In this document: one piece after another, positions 1-9,844 of the stretch
Layout of the letters: each line of letters begins with the position of its first letter
How positions within the stretch are numbered: the first letter of the stretch is position 1
From: a virus
Length of the DNA: 64,000 bases
Direction: 5' to 3' (one strand)
IMG/VR virus record: IMGVR_UViG_3300045988_076381
Translations under genes and position numbers: made by a program
Notes under the pieces: generated by a model
The model's input: only the letters and a program-made list of their open reading frames with translations
Databases searched by the model: none
What the model was told of the DNA's origin: nothing

Positions 1-248
1 TAAATCCGGATTCATTACCTTCTCTATCCTTCTTTGATGCTCTTTTTTGGACCATAGTATTTATCGCTTGGCGTAAATGCTTAAATCCATTCTCTGTTTC
101 TGTATTTAAATAATCCAATTGTACCCAACATTTCTCTAATGTCTTAGCTAAGAAATCACTAGTTGCTGCGGTATATATAGATTGAGACTCTGGTTCACAT
201 GTATACATTGCAACTCCATTATTTGCTCCCATTTCACTGAAACCGCTT
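1..248 (-). CDS. terL: terminase large subunit-like ATPase, exon 2 (partial, continues left of window)
   Basis: The minus frame is open from about 248 to the window edge (SGFSEMGANNGVAMYTCEPESQSIYTAATSDFLAKTLEKCW...). It continues the P-loop begun in 538..1346 once 249..537 is removed. The junction is uncertain by about 5 nt. Confidence 0.55.
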
Positions 249-537
249 CTGTTATCATAAAGACTTTTTATTCTTTATTTCCTGGAGTTTCCTCCTTACT
301 ATATTTAGATTTAATCATCTAAAGGATCGGCGCACGTTTTTATCTCATATTTAAATAAGATATTCCGAACTCATGGGAAGATTATTACTCTCTTAACGTT
401 CACTTCCTGCGCTCTACGATAATTAATTGATATTTAATCATCTCGGCATTAACATAGTTTATATTTAAACCTTAGTCTTTACCGATATTTCGGAATTTAT
501 TACCCTTAAATTACTTTAAGGGAGGCCCGGTATTTTA
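249..537 (-). mobile_element. ORF-less group-I-like intron in the terL Walker A codons
   Basis: About 289 nt with no ORF splits ...LVLKGRGL / SGFSEM.... The 5' exon ends in U and can pair (GGGCU/GGCCU with G.U) about 8-10 nt into the insert. The 3' end (aaaaagtctttatgataacag) matches the shared tail of the other introns here. Internal blocks resemble cgtaacgcgtag / ccaagagtg / gtacgctgaac. Confidence 0.6.
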
Positions 538-1346
538 AGCCCACGTCCCTTTAAAACAAGAGCATCTTTATTTGTTTTCCTACATAATTCCAGATAATGA
601 AAATATTCATATTGTTTTGCTAGAAACATTGGAAAAGATGTAGCACGTTTACCTTTTTTTGTTCCTCCTGTATCTAATATAATCGGAGTTTGCATTCGAT
701 AGAAATTTAAATAAAAATAATTCCATCCAGTTATAGTATACCCATGTGAAGTATAGCCCTCAGTACATCTTCTGAATCTCTCATCCCAGAAATTATTATA
801 TGCAGGACCTTTATAAGCATACATCTCATACTTCCCTGTAGCTTCTTTAGTCATTGCATCTTCTCTGAACCAATCAGGATTAAAATCTAATCCTTGTGTT
901 TCTGTTATAGGTCTATACCCAGTAAGTTCATACGAAAGTTCGGGATCAAAGAAATCTACTGGATCTCCTATTTTAACATCCCAATCAGTAAATGCTTCTG
1001 ATTGTTCTAGAGCTTTAGTCTTTAATTTACTATATAAATAATCATCTATTTCAACTTCATCTCTAGCAATTTTATAGTTAGATAAATCTTTAGATATATA
1101 AGAATTATCATATAATTTCTGCTCTTCCGATTCCTCTTCTTTTAACTTTTCGGGGGTATCATAGGTACTAAGATCTCTTACTATTGTTTCAGTATCTAAA
1201 GAATTTAAAAGTTCCTTTGTAGTAGGTTTCTTTTTTACAACTCTTTTAGGTTTTTCTGGTTCGGAATCTACTTTTTTAGGAATATCTTTCTTTGCCTTTA
1301 CTTTAGATACATTACCTTTTGCTCCATATGTAATTTTCCTAGCCAT
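538..1346 (-). CDS. terL: terminase large subunit-like ATPase, exon 1
   Basis: The ORF 516..1346 ends ...KDALVLKGRGLKIPGLP*. The last residues and the stop codon lie inside the predicted intron. The terminase call rests on the P-loop context and position only. Confidence 0.55.
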
Positions 1347-1348
1347 AT

Positions 1349-1930
1349 TTAATCTCTATATCCAGGTTCATAATCCCCTTTTATTTTAGATTGTTTTTCT
1401 ATATCTCTCTTATATCTATCCTCTGCTGCCCTAACTTCATCCAGAAGAGGGCCTATTCCTTTAGCTTCTGCGATTACGTCTTTAGCTTTATATCTTAATT
1501 GTCCTGTTTCATCATTTACATCACTTAAATCAACTAAGTCATTAAAATATATCGTTAATTTATCTATTACAGTATATACGGATTTAAGTAATTTATATGT
1601 TCTAAAAGAATCTCTTAATTCCTCATATTTCCTACAAGCTGCTCTAAATAAAGGATCAGAAAATTCTTCATCTGTTATAGCTGCTTGCCTTCTTGCTTCT
1701 TTATTCCTATTTTGTTCTGGGAAATCATATATAGGAGATTGCCAATCTAACATTAAATAAATATATTTAAATTCCCTAAACGCTCGTAATTTAAACCTTC
1801 CAGCAGGATCTTCTGGACATTTATTTCTCTCAGACTCCATTAAATCATTAAATTCTTTAAGTAATAGAATCTCCTCCTTATTTAATTCTAAGGATCCGGT
1901 TTGATTATTATAATTAAAAAACTTTACCAT
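1349..1930 (-). CDS. hypothetical protein (immediately upstream of terL)
   Basis: 193-aa ORF with a 2-nt gap to terL. No motif recognised. A small-terminase role would be a guess from position alone. Confidence 0.65.
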   Translation of the reverse strand: MVKFFNYNNQTGSLELNKEEILLLKEFNDLMESERNKCPEDPAGRFKLRAFREFKYIYLMLDWQSPIYDFPEQNRNKEARRQAAITDEEFSDPLFRAACRKYEELRDSFRTYKLLKSVYTVIDKLTIYFNDLVDLSDVNDETGQLRYKAKDVIAEAKGIGPLLDEVRAAEDRYKRDIEKQSKIKGDYEPGYRD

Positions 1931-1997
1931 AGTACATATCCATATTTAGCAAGAAAGAGTGATATAAATAAGGAGATTACTTATATCACTCTTCATA

Positions 1998-2225
1998 TCA
2001 TACCTTTTCTAAATCTTTAGTCGAGAATACTCCTTCGCACATATCTCGATTAGAATTAAACCATACACACCTCATTCCAAGAAATGAAATTTCATTTTCT
2101 GATGAATCTACAACTTTTTCCACTATAAGCATTTTAGGCTTAAATGGCATATCGTGTTTTAATTGAACCAAATCTCCTGGTTTTAGAAATATTTTAGGTT
2201 CTTGATATTTAAGACAATTCTTCAT
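1998..2225 (-). CDS. hypothetical protein
   Basis: 75-aa ORF that overlaps the upstream gene by 17 nt. Confidence 0.55.
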   Translation of the reverse strand: MKNCLKYQEPKIFLKPGDLVQLKHDMPFKPKMLIVEKVVDSSENEISFLGMRCVWFNSNRDMCEGVFSTKDLEKV

Positions 2226-2748
2226 GGTTATTAATTTTCTTAGAACTACAAGCTAATACATTTTGCTCTTGAATAATCCATAAAACAGTATCTCCAGTTC
2301 CGTCAGTATCAATTGGGAGATCTCTTTCACTATTAGCTATATACATTATATCCATTCCCGGGGTAACTGTTTTACAATCGGGACCTACATCTATTACACT
2401 ACCTACAGAAATAAAGCGTTCATTCCAAATATCTATATCTTCTCCAGAACGAGGATCATGTTTAACGTCCCGTTTTAATATAATTCCTCCCTTAGATTTA
2501 GGGTTTTCATAAGGACTAGCAGGATATTTAGAGAAGATTAAATAAGTTCCCATTGGTTTAATTTCCCAATTATTTACTTTATCCTCAAAAAACTCTACTT
2601 GTTTCTGGAGTTCTTCGTCAGAGACATTTTTTATTTTCTCATCGATTCCTATCGATTTAAGAGCTTTGTCAGTATTTAATTCTGACCTAACATTCTCCGG
2701 AACATATAATCCGGAATAATCATTTTTCATTACTTTTCCCATATACAT
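2209..2748 (-). CDS. hypothetical protein (weak GroES/co-chaperonin-like pattern)
   Basis: 179 aa. The segment KGGIILKRD....GSVIDVGP....PGMDIMY loosely resembles the GroES GGI.L...G.V.AVG...GD.V pattern. Confidence 0.4.
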   Translation of the reverse strand: MYMGKVMKNDYSGLYVPENVRSELNTDKALKSIGIDEKIKNVSDEELQKQVEFFEDKVNNWEIKPMGTYLIFSKYPASPYENPKSKGGIILKRDVKHDPRSGEDIDIWNERFISVGSVIDVGPDCKTVTPGMDIMYIANSERDLPIDTDGTGDTVLWIIQEQNVLACSSKKINNHEELS

Positions 2749-2768
2749 TTAAATTTAACATAAAACAT

Positions 2769-3035
2769 TTACCATTTATTTAATACACAATGATTATTTT
2801 TATTTCTTGTCTTTGCCATTAGTCTACATCCACATCCTTTAACCCATCCAACCATTTCTACATTAGATACCTGACCAGTACGAGGATTTATCCATAATTT
2901 AGGATCACAATAGCCTCCATATTTTTCTGAATATAAAGGACATTCTTTACATATCTCCAATCTTTTTAAATATAATTTTTCATTTATATTTAAAAATTCC
3001 TTTGCGTGTCCTGATAATATATCTTTAATACTCAT
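2769..3035 (-). CDS. small Cys-rich (zinc-binding-like) protein
   Basis: 88 aa containing CKEC...C...GCGC...HC. Confidence 0.55.
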   Translation of the reverse strand: MSIKDILSGHAKEFLNINEKLYLKRLEICKECPLYSEKYGGYCDPKLWINPRTGQVSNVEMVGWVKGCGCRLMAKTRNKNNHCVLNKW

Positions 3036-3040
3036 GATAT

Positions 3041-5020
3041 TTAAAATATTATAGGTTTATTTTCTTCTTCATATTTCCGGAGAATTAACTGCTTTTTATA
3101 GTATTTAAGCATCTTCTCTATATCAGATTTTAAATATTCTAGAACATACTCATTAACTTCACCATCGTGAGTAAAGTGAACAATTCTTAGCTCATCAATA
3201 ATTAAATCCGGATTTTGTTTTTGAAGCATCCATGCGTAAAGAGATAATTGAAGAGTATAATGTAAGAAGTTACAATCCATTATATTATTTAAAGGGTATT
3301 TCATCATTTGATACTTCTTCTTTTTAGGATCAAAATAGGATTTTTGTTTTAATTTCTTATTAGTATTATGTGTTGGAATCATAGAATATCCAAACAAAAA
3401 AGTATGAGAAGGACTATCTACTTCAATACATTGTGTTGGAATAGTATCTACTTTTTCTACAGATTTAATATTTCTATAATGATTCTTAGACCCATTAGAT
3501 AATTCAATATTTTGATTTCTAGTTAAAAAAGGGTTTAAATCATTACTAGAAAAACAAATATCATATCCTAGAAAAATTTTACCATCACACTTCTTTTTTA
3601 CATTAAATATTGTTCCTTTTAAACCTAAACTAGATATTAATTTAATTGTATCGTCTGCTTGCCATCTTTGAGTAGTTGACATTACAAATCTTCTCCTTTC
3701 TTTATGATAGTATCCGTCAGTATCCATCAGTCCTCTAAGAAGATCTAATCGTTGTTCAAATGAAGCCCTCAGATATATATCAGGAATATGTTTATATTCT
3801 AATACTCCTAATTGTTTTAGCTTTGTACGTAAACCATAAATTGTTTTACATTCTACATTAGCTCTATCTGGATTATGTTGAGCATTTTCTCCTATATCAT
3901 ATCCTCTAGATTTAATTTCTTCCCATAATGGAGAATCTTTTCTTTGAGTAATTAGTCCACATGATTTTGAACCGTCACCAAGCCAACAACCTAATACATA
4001 TGGATCTATAGGTAAATCTGCTTTTGGGAGATTTAAAGGTTTAGCATTAAGTATTTTTGGAAGTTCTTCTGATTTAATTTTTATTCTTTTTTCTTTTCTA
4101 TTATTTATATCTTCTAATAGATAATGTAATTCCTCAGTTGTCATTACTTTATTTGTATATTTTTTGTTTTTTAAGAAGGATATAAACCAACGATGTTCGT
4201 GATCTGCTATAATACTTTCAGAATTATCAAAAGTTATTTTATAACAAGGATTATAATGTATTTCAGATTTATGTACTACTTTAGTTATATTTCCATCCTT
4301 ATCAAAAATTTCTTCTCCTTCTTTAATATCCTTTATAGTTGTCCATCCAGATTTAGTTGCAATTGGCGTGTCTAAAGGTAATCCTTTCCAGTCCCATACT
4401 TTGATATGATTTCCATTTTTAATAATTAAATCAGATTGTCCAGCAATACGTAACATTCCTTCTGGATCTATATAAGAAATTAACATTTCCGGTATAATTC
4501 CTGTATCTATATCTAAATTATGATGATTTTTATATACAGGAATAGTTCCTCCTAAATTAAATCTCTTAATCATTTTCTCAGCATGATTATAAAATCCAGT
4601 TTCTTGTTCTGCATGTATCTCAGTACCATACTCACAAGCTATCCTATTTGTTTCTCCCCAATCTTTTACATATTTATTACAAGTCTCTTCAAATACTTCT
4701 TTTGTAATACTATCTGGAATATAAGAATCATCCCATTTTTTAGTATTTAATAAAGAACTCTTTACATTAATAAAATCATTTCCCATTAACTCTTCTAACG
4801 CCTTATACTTCTTCCAAAAATCTGAATCAAACTTATTCTCGAACTCTCCAATTAAAGTAGTTACAGAAATAAATTTTTTTCCTTCACCTACTCCCTTTTT
4901 ACCTACATACACATGTTTCTCATCATTGTATGTAACATCATCGTTTTCCTTATCGACGATTAAATCATTACCATCGAAGGAGAAGTATTTAACATCTCCT
5001 TCATTCATACTCATAGTCAT
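3041..5020 (-). CDS. PD-(D/E)XK (RecB/Cas4-like) nuclease precursor containing an intein
   Basis: Extein motifs are GTEIHAEQE, SDLII..., VWDWK|...|TNKK (D-x-K-T) and HYTLQLSLYAWML (QxxxY). A 340-aa insert follows the catalytic Lys. Confidence 0.75.
   Translation of the reverse strand: MTMSMNEGDVKYFSFDGNDLIVDKENDDVTYNDEKHVYVGKKGVGEGKKFISVTTLIGEFENKFDSDFWKKYKALEELMGNDFINVKSSLLNTKKWDDSYIPDSITKEVFEETCNKYVKDWGETNRIACEYGTEIHAEQETGFYNHAEKMIKRFNLGGTIPVYKNHHNLDIDTGIIPEMLISYIDPEGMLRIAGQSDLIIKNGNHIKVWDWKGLPLDTPIATKSGWTTIKDIKEGEEIFDKDGNITKVVHKSEIHYNPCYKITFDNSESIIADHEHRWFISFLKNKKYTNKVMTTEELHYLLEDINNRKEKRIKIKSEELPKILNAKPLNLPKADLPIDPYVLGCWLGDGSKSCGLITQRKDSPLWEEIKSRGYDIGENAQHNPDRANVECKTIYGLRTKLKQLGVLEYKHIPDIYLRASFEQRLDLLRGLMDTDGYYHKERRRFVMSTTQRWQADDTIKLISSLGLKGTIFNVKKKCDGKIFLGYDICFSSNDLNPFLTRNQNIELSNGSKNHYRNIKSVEKVDTIPTQCIEVDSPSHTFLFGYSMIPTHNTNKKLKQKSYFDPKKKKYQMMKYPLNNIMDCNFLHYTLQLSLYAWMLQKQNPDLIIDELRIVHFTHDGEVNEYVLEYLKSDIEKMLKYYKKQLILRKYEEENKPIIF
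3365..4384 (-). mobile_element. intein (class-3-like) with LAGLIDADG homing endonuclease domain
   Basis: The N-terminus GLPLDTPIAT matches block A but has Gly in place of Cys1. Block B is IIADHEHRW (Trp at B12). LAGLIDADG motifs are LGCWLGDGS and LLRGLMDTDGYY. Block F is QCIEVDSPSHTFLF (Cys at F4). Block G is IPTHN|T (Thr at G5). Confidence 0.8.
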
Positions 5021-5032
5021 AATATATAAATT

Positions 5033-5743
5033 TTAATTTCCTTTCACTATAGCTAAATCTATTATAGCTCTTGCACAAGTTGTTGTATAATAAAACATTT
5101 GATCATGCGAAAGTGGGGATTCTTTTGAATAACTTATTCCAATAAATCCTCTGGGAGTTCCATCAATTTCTATTAAATAAAGAAATAATTGTTTAGCTCC
5201 ATTCTTTTTTAACATTGTATATAAAATCGGATCTGATTCTTTAATATTCTCTATATCTAATAGATTATATACTTTCTTTTCGTTAAGTTCTACATTAAAT
5301 CTAAAATTATCAGTACTTTGTTGTTGATATTGCTGTTTAATTCCCGCTACTCCAGAAGCATTTTGTTCATTCCTCATTGTGAAGTATGTAAAAAGATTTC
5401 CGCTTAATGAAGTTAAACTATTACCATATTCACAGAAAAATACCCTATCAGCTTTAAGAGTTTGTTGAAGTTTACGTAATTCATTATCTATTTTAGGGGG
5501 AATAGTTAGTGCGGTATTTACTAATTCCGTATGTTTCTCAGATCTCTCTTTCTCTCTTTGATTGAATACATTACTTATTTCAATTCTAACAGTTTCCTTT
5601 ATCGTTTCGTTTAAATATCTTTCTACATAGTTAGAAAAATATAAAGTACATAGTACAATAACTACACAAAGTACCAATTTAGAATCTTTTATAATTTTAG
5701 ATTTAATCAAACTATTTATGAGGGGTAGAATTTTGTCTATCAT
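5033..5743 (-). CDS. hypothetical membrane-anchored protein
   Basis: 236 aa with an N-terminal hydrophobic segment (LVLCVVIVLCTLYF). Confidence 0.6.
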   Translation of the reverse strand: MIDKILPLINSLIKSKIIKDSKLVLCVVIVLCTLYFSNYVERYLNETIKETVRIEISNVFNQREKERSEKHTELVNTALTIPPKIDNELRKLQQTLKADRVFFCEYGNSLTSLSGNLFTYFTMRNEQNASGVAGIKQQYQQQSTDNFRFNVELNEKKVYNLLDIENIKESDPILYTMLKKNGAKQLFLYLIEIDGTPRGFIGISYSKESPLSHDQMFYYTTTCARAIIDLAIVKGN

Positions 5744-5787
5744 TTAACTTATTTTCTATTTTTAATACACACTTATTTTGAATAGTG

Positions 5788-5795
5788 CAAATATA
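5788..5795 (-). promoter_or_regulatory. Bacteroidota-type -7 box TAtaTTTG
   Basis: The reverse complement reads tatatttg. It lies about 45 nt upstream of the 5743 start. Confidence 0.4.
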
Positions 5796-5881
5796 TTAAT
5801 AACTTGCAGTCAAAACAAGATTTATATATTTAAATTTAAAAATATAAGAAATAATATGTTTAACGCGTTAAATTATAGAGT

Positions 5882-6196
5882 ATGAAATTTAATCTTAGTA
5901 AAATAGACTTTAGTCTATTAAAAGTTCCAGATTTGGATTTAGAGGAATTTAATAATGTTATAGAGAAGTATTTAGGTAAAGAATCTGCGGAATTTCTTAA
6001 AAAGGGCGGGAAAATTTATATTAAGAAAAAGAATCGTGGAAAATTTACAGAGTCTGCTAAAAGAGCTGGACAATCTGTTCAAGAACATGCTAGATCAGTA
6101 TTAAATGATCCAAATGCTACACCTCTACAAAGGAAAAGAGCTAACTTTGCACGTAATTCTGCTAAATGGAAACATAAAGGAAAAAAGAAGAAGTAG
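5882..6196 (+). CDS. hypothetical basic protein
   Basis: 104 aa with a Lys-rich tail. It ends in TAG. Confidence 0.55.
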   Translation: MKFNLSKIDFSLLKVPDLDLEEFNNVIEKYLGKESAEFLKKGGKIYIKKKNRGKFTESAKRAGQSVQEHARSVLNDPNATPLQRKRANFARNSAKWKHKGKKKK

Positions 6197-6532
6197 GATT
6201 TATATATAATCTTATATTTAAATGATATCTAATACTTCCAATAGCAAAATCCCACCCCTTCCTGTCTGGGCGATATTATTTAAATCTTCTTCCAAACCAG
6301 AACTCTTTCTACTAATTCTCAAGAAATTCAATATTTTACATCTAAAGAATCCGTATATAAAGAAATGATTCAATCTAATCCAAAATTTGATGCTGAAGTT
6401 GATTTGGATAATATAAAACGAAGGGTTCTTTCATAAGAATTTAATAAAGAGTAGGAATATTATATATAATAAACCTTCAGGAATAATGTCTAATATTATA
6501 TAATAATATAAAAACAAGTAATATATAAATAA

Positions 6533-6979
6533 ATGAGCACTGATTATTTAAATGAGGATAAAATAATAGCATTATTAAAAAAGACTCAAGCAATGGTTGC
6601 CGGAACAGCCAATGTTTCAAGTGGAACACTACAAACAATCTTTTATAATCACGAATATATAAATAACGTTACTGCTTCTATAATCTCTAATTCAGATGAT
6701 AAAGGGATAAGAATAACAGTAGGATATAAAAACTCTACTTTAGCTTCTAGATATAAAAATTTATTATGTATAACTCCTTTTCTATCAGAGAATGTAAATG
6801 TCTCGGATGAAAATTATCTATCTACAACATTTAAATCTGCAATAAGTGGAAGTACTGTCGTCTCTTATTATATATATATTTATGATACAAATAATGGAGC
6901 AAATCTTAAACAAGGTAACTATATAAGCTTCTTAATTCCTAATATTAATGATTCTAATGAACTATTAAGTAACAACTAA
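6533..6979 (+). CDS. hypothetical protein
   Basis: 148-aa ORF only. Confidence 0.55.
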   Translation: MSTDYLNEDKIIALLKKTQAMVAGTANVSSGTLQTIFYNHEYINNVTASIISNSDDKGIRITVGYKNSTLASRYKNLLCITPFLSENVNVSDENYLSTTFKSAISGSTVVSYYIYIYDTNNGANLKQGNYISFLIPNINDSNELLSNN

Positions 6980-6992
6980 ATAATATTTAACT

Positions 6993-7217
6993 ATGAAAAA
7001 TTTTTGGAATAAAGTAAAGGGATTCTTTTATAAAATCCTAAATTATAAAGCTGTTAAGGTTATTATCTCAGTTTTATTATCTGCCGGATTAACTTATTTA
7101 TTTAAATCTGCATTAGTATTTTTCTGCTTCTTAGTATTATGGTATTTATTATATATCTTAATAGATAAGTGGGTAAAGAAAAATGACAATGAGGAATTAA
7201 ATAAATTACATATTTAA
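6993..7217 (+). CDS. small membrane protein
   Basis: 74 aa with two hydrophobic stretches. Confidence 0.5.
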   Translation: MKNFWNKVKGFFYKILNYKAVKVIISVLLSAGLTYLFKSALVFFCFLVLWYLLYILIDKWVKKNDNEELNKLHI

Positions 7218-7231
7218 ATTTTATATATAAA

Positions 7232-7267
7232 AAAATACCCTATAACAATTAAGTTATAGGGTATTTT
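7232..7267. terminator. bidirectional stem-loop terminator between convergent genes
   Basis: Perfect 15-bp stem aaaataccctataac / gttatagggtatttt with a 6-nt loop, flanked by A and T runs. Confidence 0.7.
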
Positions 7268-7308
7268 CATTTAACATTATTAACACATAAATAAACACGC
7301 AAAGAAGA

Positions 7309-7938
7309 CTACTTGCTTATATTTTCAATCATCTCCTTAATAAAATTAAGGGATTTAAGATAATCGTCATTTGTTATATATTCTATATCAGAACTTTTTA
7401 ACATTTCCTTTACCATCTCTCCGAAATTAGAAAATAACTCATTTATATCAGGACTAGTACATTTAACCTGATCTATCGGTAATTTATTACTAGCTATAGG
7501 TGCTCCGATAGTAATCCCAACTTTAGCATAATCTGGAATTTTATCTAAATCAGGATTATTTAATTTATTTTCTAACTCATCTAAAGAATCTTCTTCTTCG
7601 TTAGGAATTTTATTTAAAGTTCTATCTAATTTCTCATCGATAAGATTTAACGATGTCTCTATATCAATTCCATCATAGTCTTCTTCTCTATGGAAGTTAT
7701 CTAACTTAGATAATATCACTTTAAGTCTATCCTCAATCATATCAAAATAATCAGAGAAGCTCTTATTCATTTCTAATAGTTCTCTTAAATTCTTTTTATT
7801 CTCACAATCTCCTTCATTAAAATACTGAATAATTTGAACTAATTTCTCAATTCCGATTTTAGCATTATTCATTACATCCATCATAGAAGCATTTATACAT
7901 TCTAACTCCTTATCACTAATAAGTTTTTCCATAATCAT
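7309..7938 (-). CDS. hypothetical acidic protein
   Basis: 209-aa ORF only. Confidence 0.6.
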   Translation of the reverse strand: MIMEKLISDKELECINASMMDVMNNAKIGIEKLVQIIQYFNEGDCENKKNLRELLEMNKSFSDYFDMIEDRLKVILSKLDNFHREEDYDGIDIETSLNLIDEKLDRTLNKIPNEEEDSLDELENKLNNPDLDKIPDYAKVGITIGAPIASNKLPIDQVKCTSPDINELFSNFGEMVKEMLKSSDIEYITNDDYLKSLNFIKEMIENISK

Positions 7939-7957
7939 ATTTTTAATTTAACATATA

Positions 7958-7965
7958 CAAATATA
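7958..7965 (-). promoter_or_regulatory. -7 box TAtaTTTG
   Basis: The reverse complement reads tatatttg. It lies about 20 nt upstream of the 7938 start. Confidence 0.4.
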
Positions 7966-8005
7966 CTAAGATTATAGATCTAATCCTAAGATTAAATGTT
8001 AAATT

Positions 8006-8245
8006 TTATAAATTAAGATTTTTTCTTAATTCCGGAATAATATTATTCAAATCCTTCTTCACAGCCCCTTGTCTATCTAAATACGATAGTTCTGGATATT
8101 TAATCTTTCCAAATTCATCTATAAACTCTATTGAATCCTGAGATTTAAATTCAGGATCTGATATTATTATTGTTTTTATTTTATTTAAGTTATTCATTAC
8201 ATAACTATACATCACTAATACATTTTGCATTATATTACCGTCCAT
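8006..8245 (-). CDS. hypothetical protein
   Basis: 79-aa ORF only. Confidence 0.5.
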   Translation of the reverse strand: MDGNIMQNVLVMYSYVMNNLNKIKTIIISDPEFKSQDSIEFIDEFGKIKYPELSYLDRQGAVKKDLNNIIPELRKNLNL

Positions 8246-8280
8246 ATACTATTTGTTTAACTTTATAAATTATGTCACTA

Positions 8281-8288
8281 CAAAGATA
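8281..8288 (-). promoter_or_regulatory. -7 box TAtcTTTG
   Basis: The reverse complement reads tatctttg. It lies about 36 nt upstream of the 8245 start. Confidence 0.45.
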
Positions 8289-8354
8289 GTATATCTTTAA
8301 TATTTAAAGAATGTATATATTATATAACAATAACATGTGCAATTTAATTTATAC

Positions 8355-8807
8355 CTAATCAATTGCCCCTCCATTTGCTGGCGGAAGTTTTGGAGAGGTA
8401 TTAGTTACAATAGTATCTAATTTAGTATTTGCCTGAATTAAATTAGTATCTATACTAGAGGTATTCGTATGTATAGAAGTAGTTGTATCCTTTATCTGTC
8501 CTAAAGTTTCTTTAACAGGATCTAAATCAACATCAATATTAGCTAGAGATGCTAATGCTGTATCTAATTTAGCACTAAATGTAGTAGTTAAATTCTCTAT
8601 TTTAGTTATTAAATCTTGTATTTTAGTATTTGTCGTATCTATCTTAGTATTAGTAGTATTTAATTCATTTACTACTGCTGATAATTTCTCTGTTAATAAA
8701 GCTATATTCTCTGTATTAAAATCTCCTACTCCTTCCTTAATCCCTTGTAAAAGTTGGAGGTATAGCTCATTGTAATTGGTTGTTTTATAAAAATCGTTTA
8801 CGTTCAT
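8355..8807 (-). CDS. Thr/Asn-rich coiled, repeat-containing protein (fibre-like?)
   Basis: 150 aa with NTKIDTTNTKIQ-type repeats. The fibre role is speculative. Confidence 0.5.
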   Translation of the reverse strand: MNVNDFYKTTNYNELYLQLLQGIKEGVGDFNTENIALLTEKLSAVVNELNTTNTKIDTTNTKIQDLITKIENLTTTFSAKLDTALASLANIDVDLDPVKETLGQIKDTTTSIHTNTSSIDTNLIQANTKLDTIVTNTSPKLPPANGGAID

Positions 8808-8817
8808 TGTGATATAT

Positions 8818-9027
8818 TTAAATTATAAGTTCTATTATTTTAGTATTGTCTGTATTTAAAATTTCTTCATTTTTGCATGGTTGAAGTTTATATGTATAAC
8901 TCTCCTCTTCTGGAGTATATTTAGGTTCGGAGATTATTTTATAATATCGTTGTAGTCCTTCTTTTATATAAAATGATTCTGGAAAAGTTAATGTTATTGG
9001 TGTAGATTCAAAAGTTGGATTTTGCAT
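8818..9027 (-). CDS. hypothetical protein
   Basis: 69-aa ORF only. Confidence 0.5.
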   Translation of the reverse strand: MQNPTFESTPITLTFPESFYIKEGLQRYYKIISEPKYTPEEESYTYKLQPCKNEEILNTDNTKIIELII

Positions 9028-9051
9028 AAAAGGATTGATTGTTATGATTTA

Positions 9052-9059
9052 CAAAGGTA
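9052..9059 (-). promoter_or_regulatory. -7 box TAccTTTG
   Basis: The reverse complement reads tacctttg. It lies about 25 nt upstream of the 9027 start. Confidence 0.4.
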
Positions 9060-9089
9060 TGTGGTTTTTGTGAGAAATCCTAAAGAAGA

Positions 9090-9844
9090 TTAAGATTTAA
9101 TTATATTATCATATTTAACTCCATTCCAATAAGGATATAGATAATAATCATCAAGTTTAGCATTTCCGATTCCTACATATTTTTCAAATTCGTCTAATTC
9201 ATTTATTGGAGTATTCTTGAAATCATCTATTAAACGAGTATAAAAATCTAGAATAGTAAAATTATTAAATAATACTGTACTTTCTTTATATCTTTCTACT
9301 TTTATAAAACCTAAATCCTCTAACAATTTCTCTCTTTTAATTAAAATATTTTTAGATTTAATCTTTAAAAGTTTTTGTAATAGAGATTTAGTAATAATTA
9401 ATTTTGGATTTAAGTTATATTGTTTGAAAAATGAAGTTAGTAATAAACATATAACTCTAATTTCTATATTTCCAACAGGACTACATACAATATATAAATC
9501 ACTAAAATTATCGCAGAAAGTATATTCATAAACATACTCTCCACTATGAGAGATTACATTTTCTTCTGCTTGTTCTTTTGTTTTATCTTCTTCTTTTTTA
9601 TCTTCTTTGATTGGGATATAATCTTTAAAGATTGTAACAACTTTATCTGAATTAAACCATTCTGGCGATCTATTCTATATTCTTCACATAATTTATGTAA
9701 ATTAGATTCATCTTTACGACTTCCTTCTTTCGAATCTAATAATATGGCTGTAGGGTTATGTTGTTTATATTGATCAAATCTATGTTCTAAATTAGTAGTA
9801 TATCCTATTTTATATAAATTTCCTGATTGAATTAAGTATATCAT
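9090..9844 (-). pseudogene. frameshifted GIY-YIG/T5orf172-type nuclease-domain gene
   Basis: The N-terminus MIYLIQSGNLYKIGYTTNLEHRFDQYKQHNP is GIY-YIG/T5orf172-like. Near 9664-9670 the frame changes: ...EEYRIDR then (other frame) PEWFNSDKV.... That second frame stays open, with no ATG, down to 9090 and contains the listed ORF 9090..9326. Confidence 0.6.

Noticed and set aside
244-518. Alternative terL intron boundaries: a 5' site at the T of the ORF stop codon (518) and a 3' site at 244, giving ...GLKIPGLPCFSEM....
   Set aside because: This alternative stays in frame, matches the family 3' tail alignment and starts aaagtaa like the nuclease intron. However, it destroys any P-loop-like spacing, and the splice-site U would be in a Watson-Crick pair rather than a U.G pair. 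It is kept as an alternative in the findings, not as the primary call.
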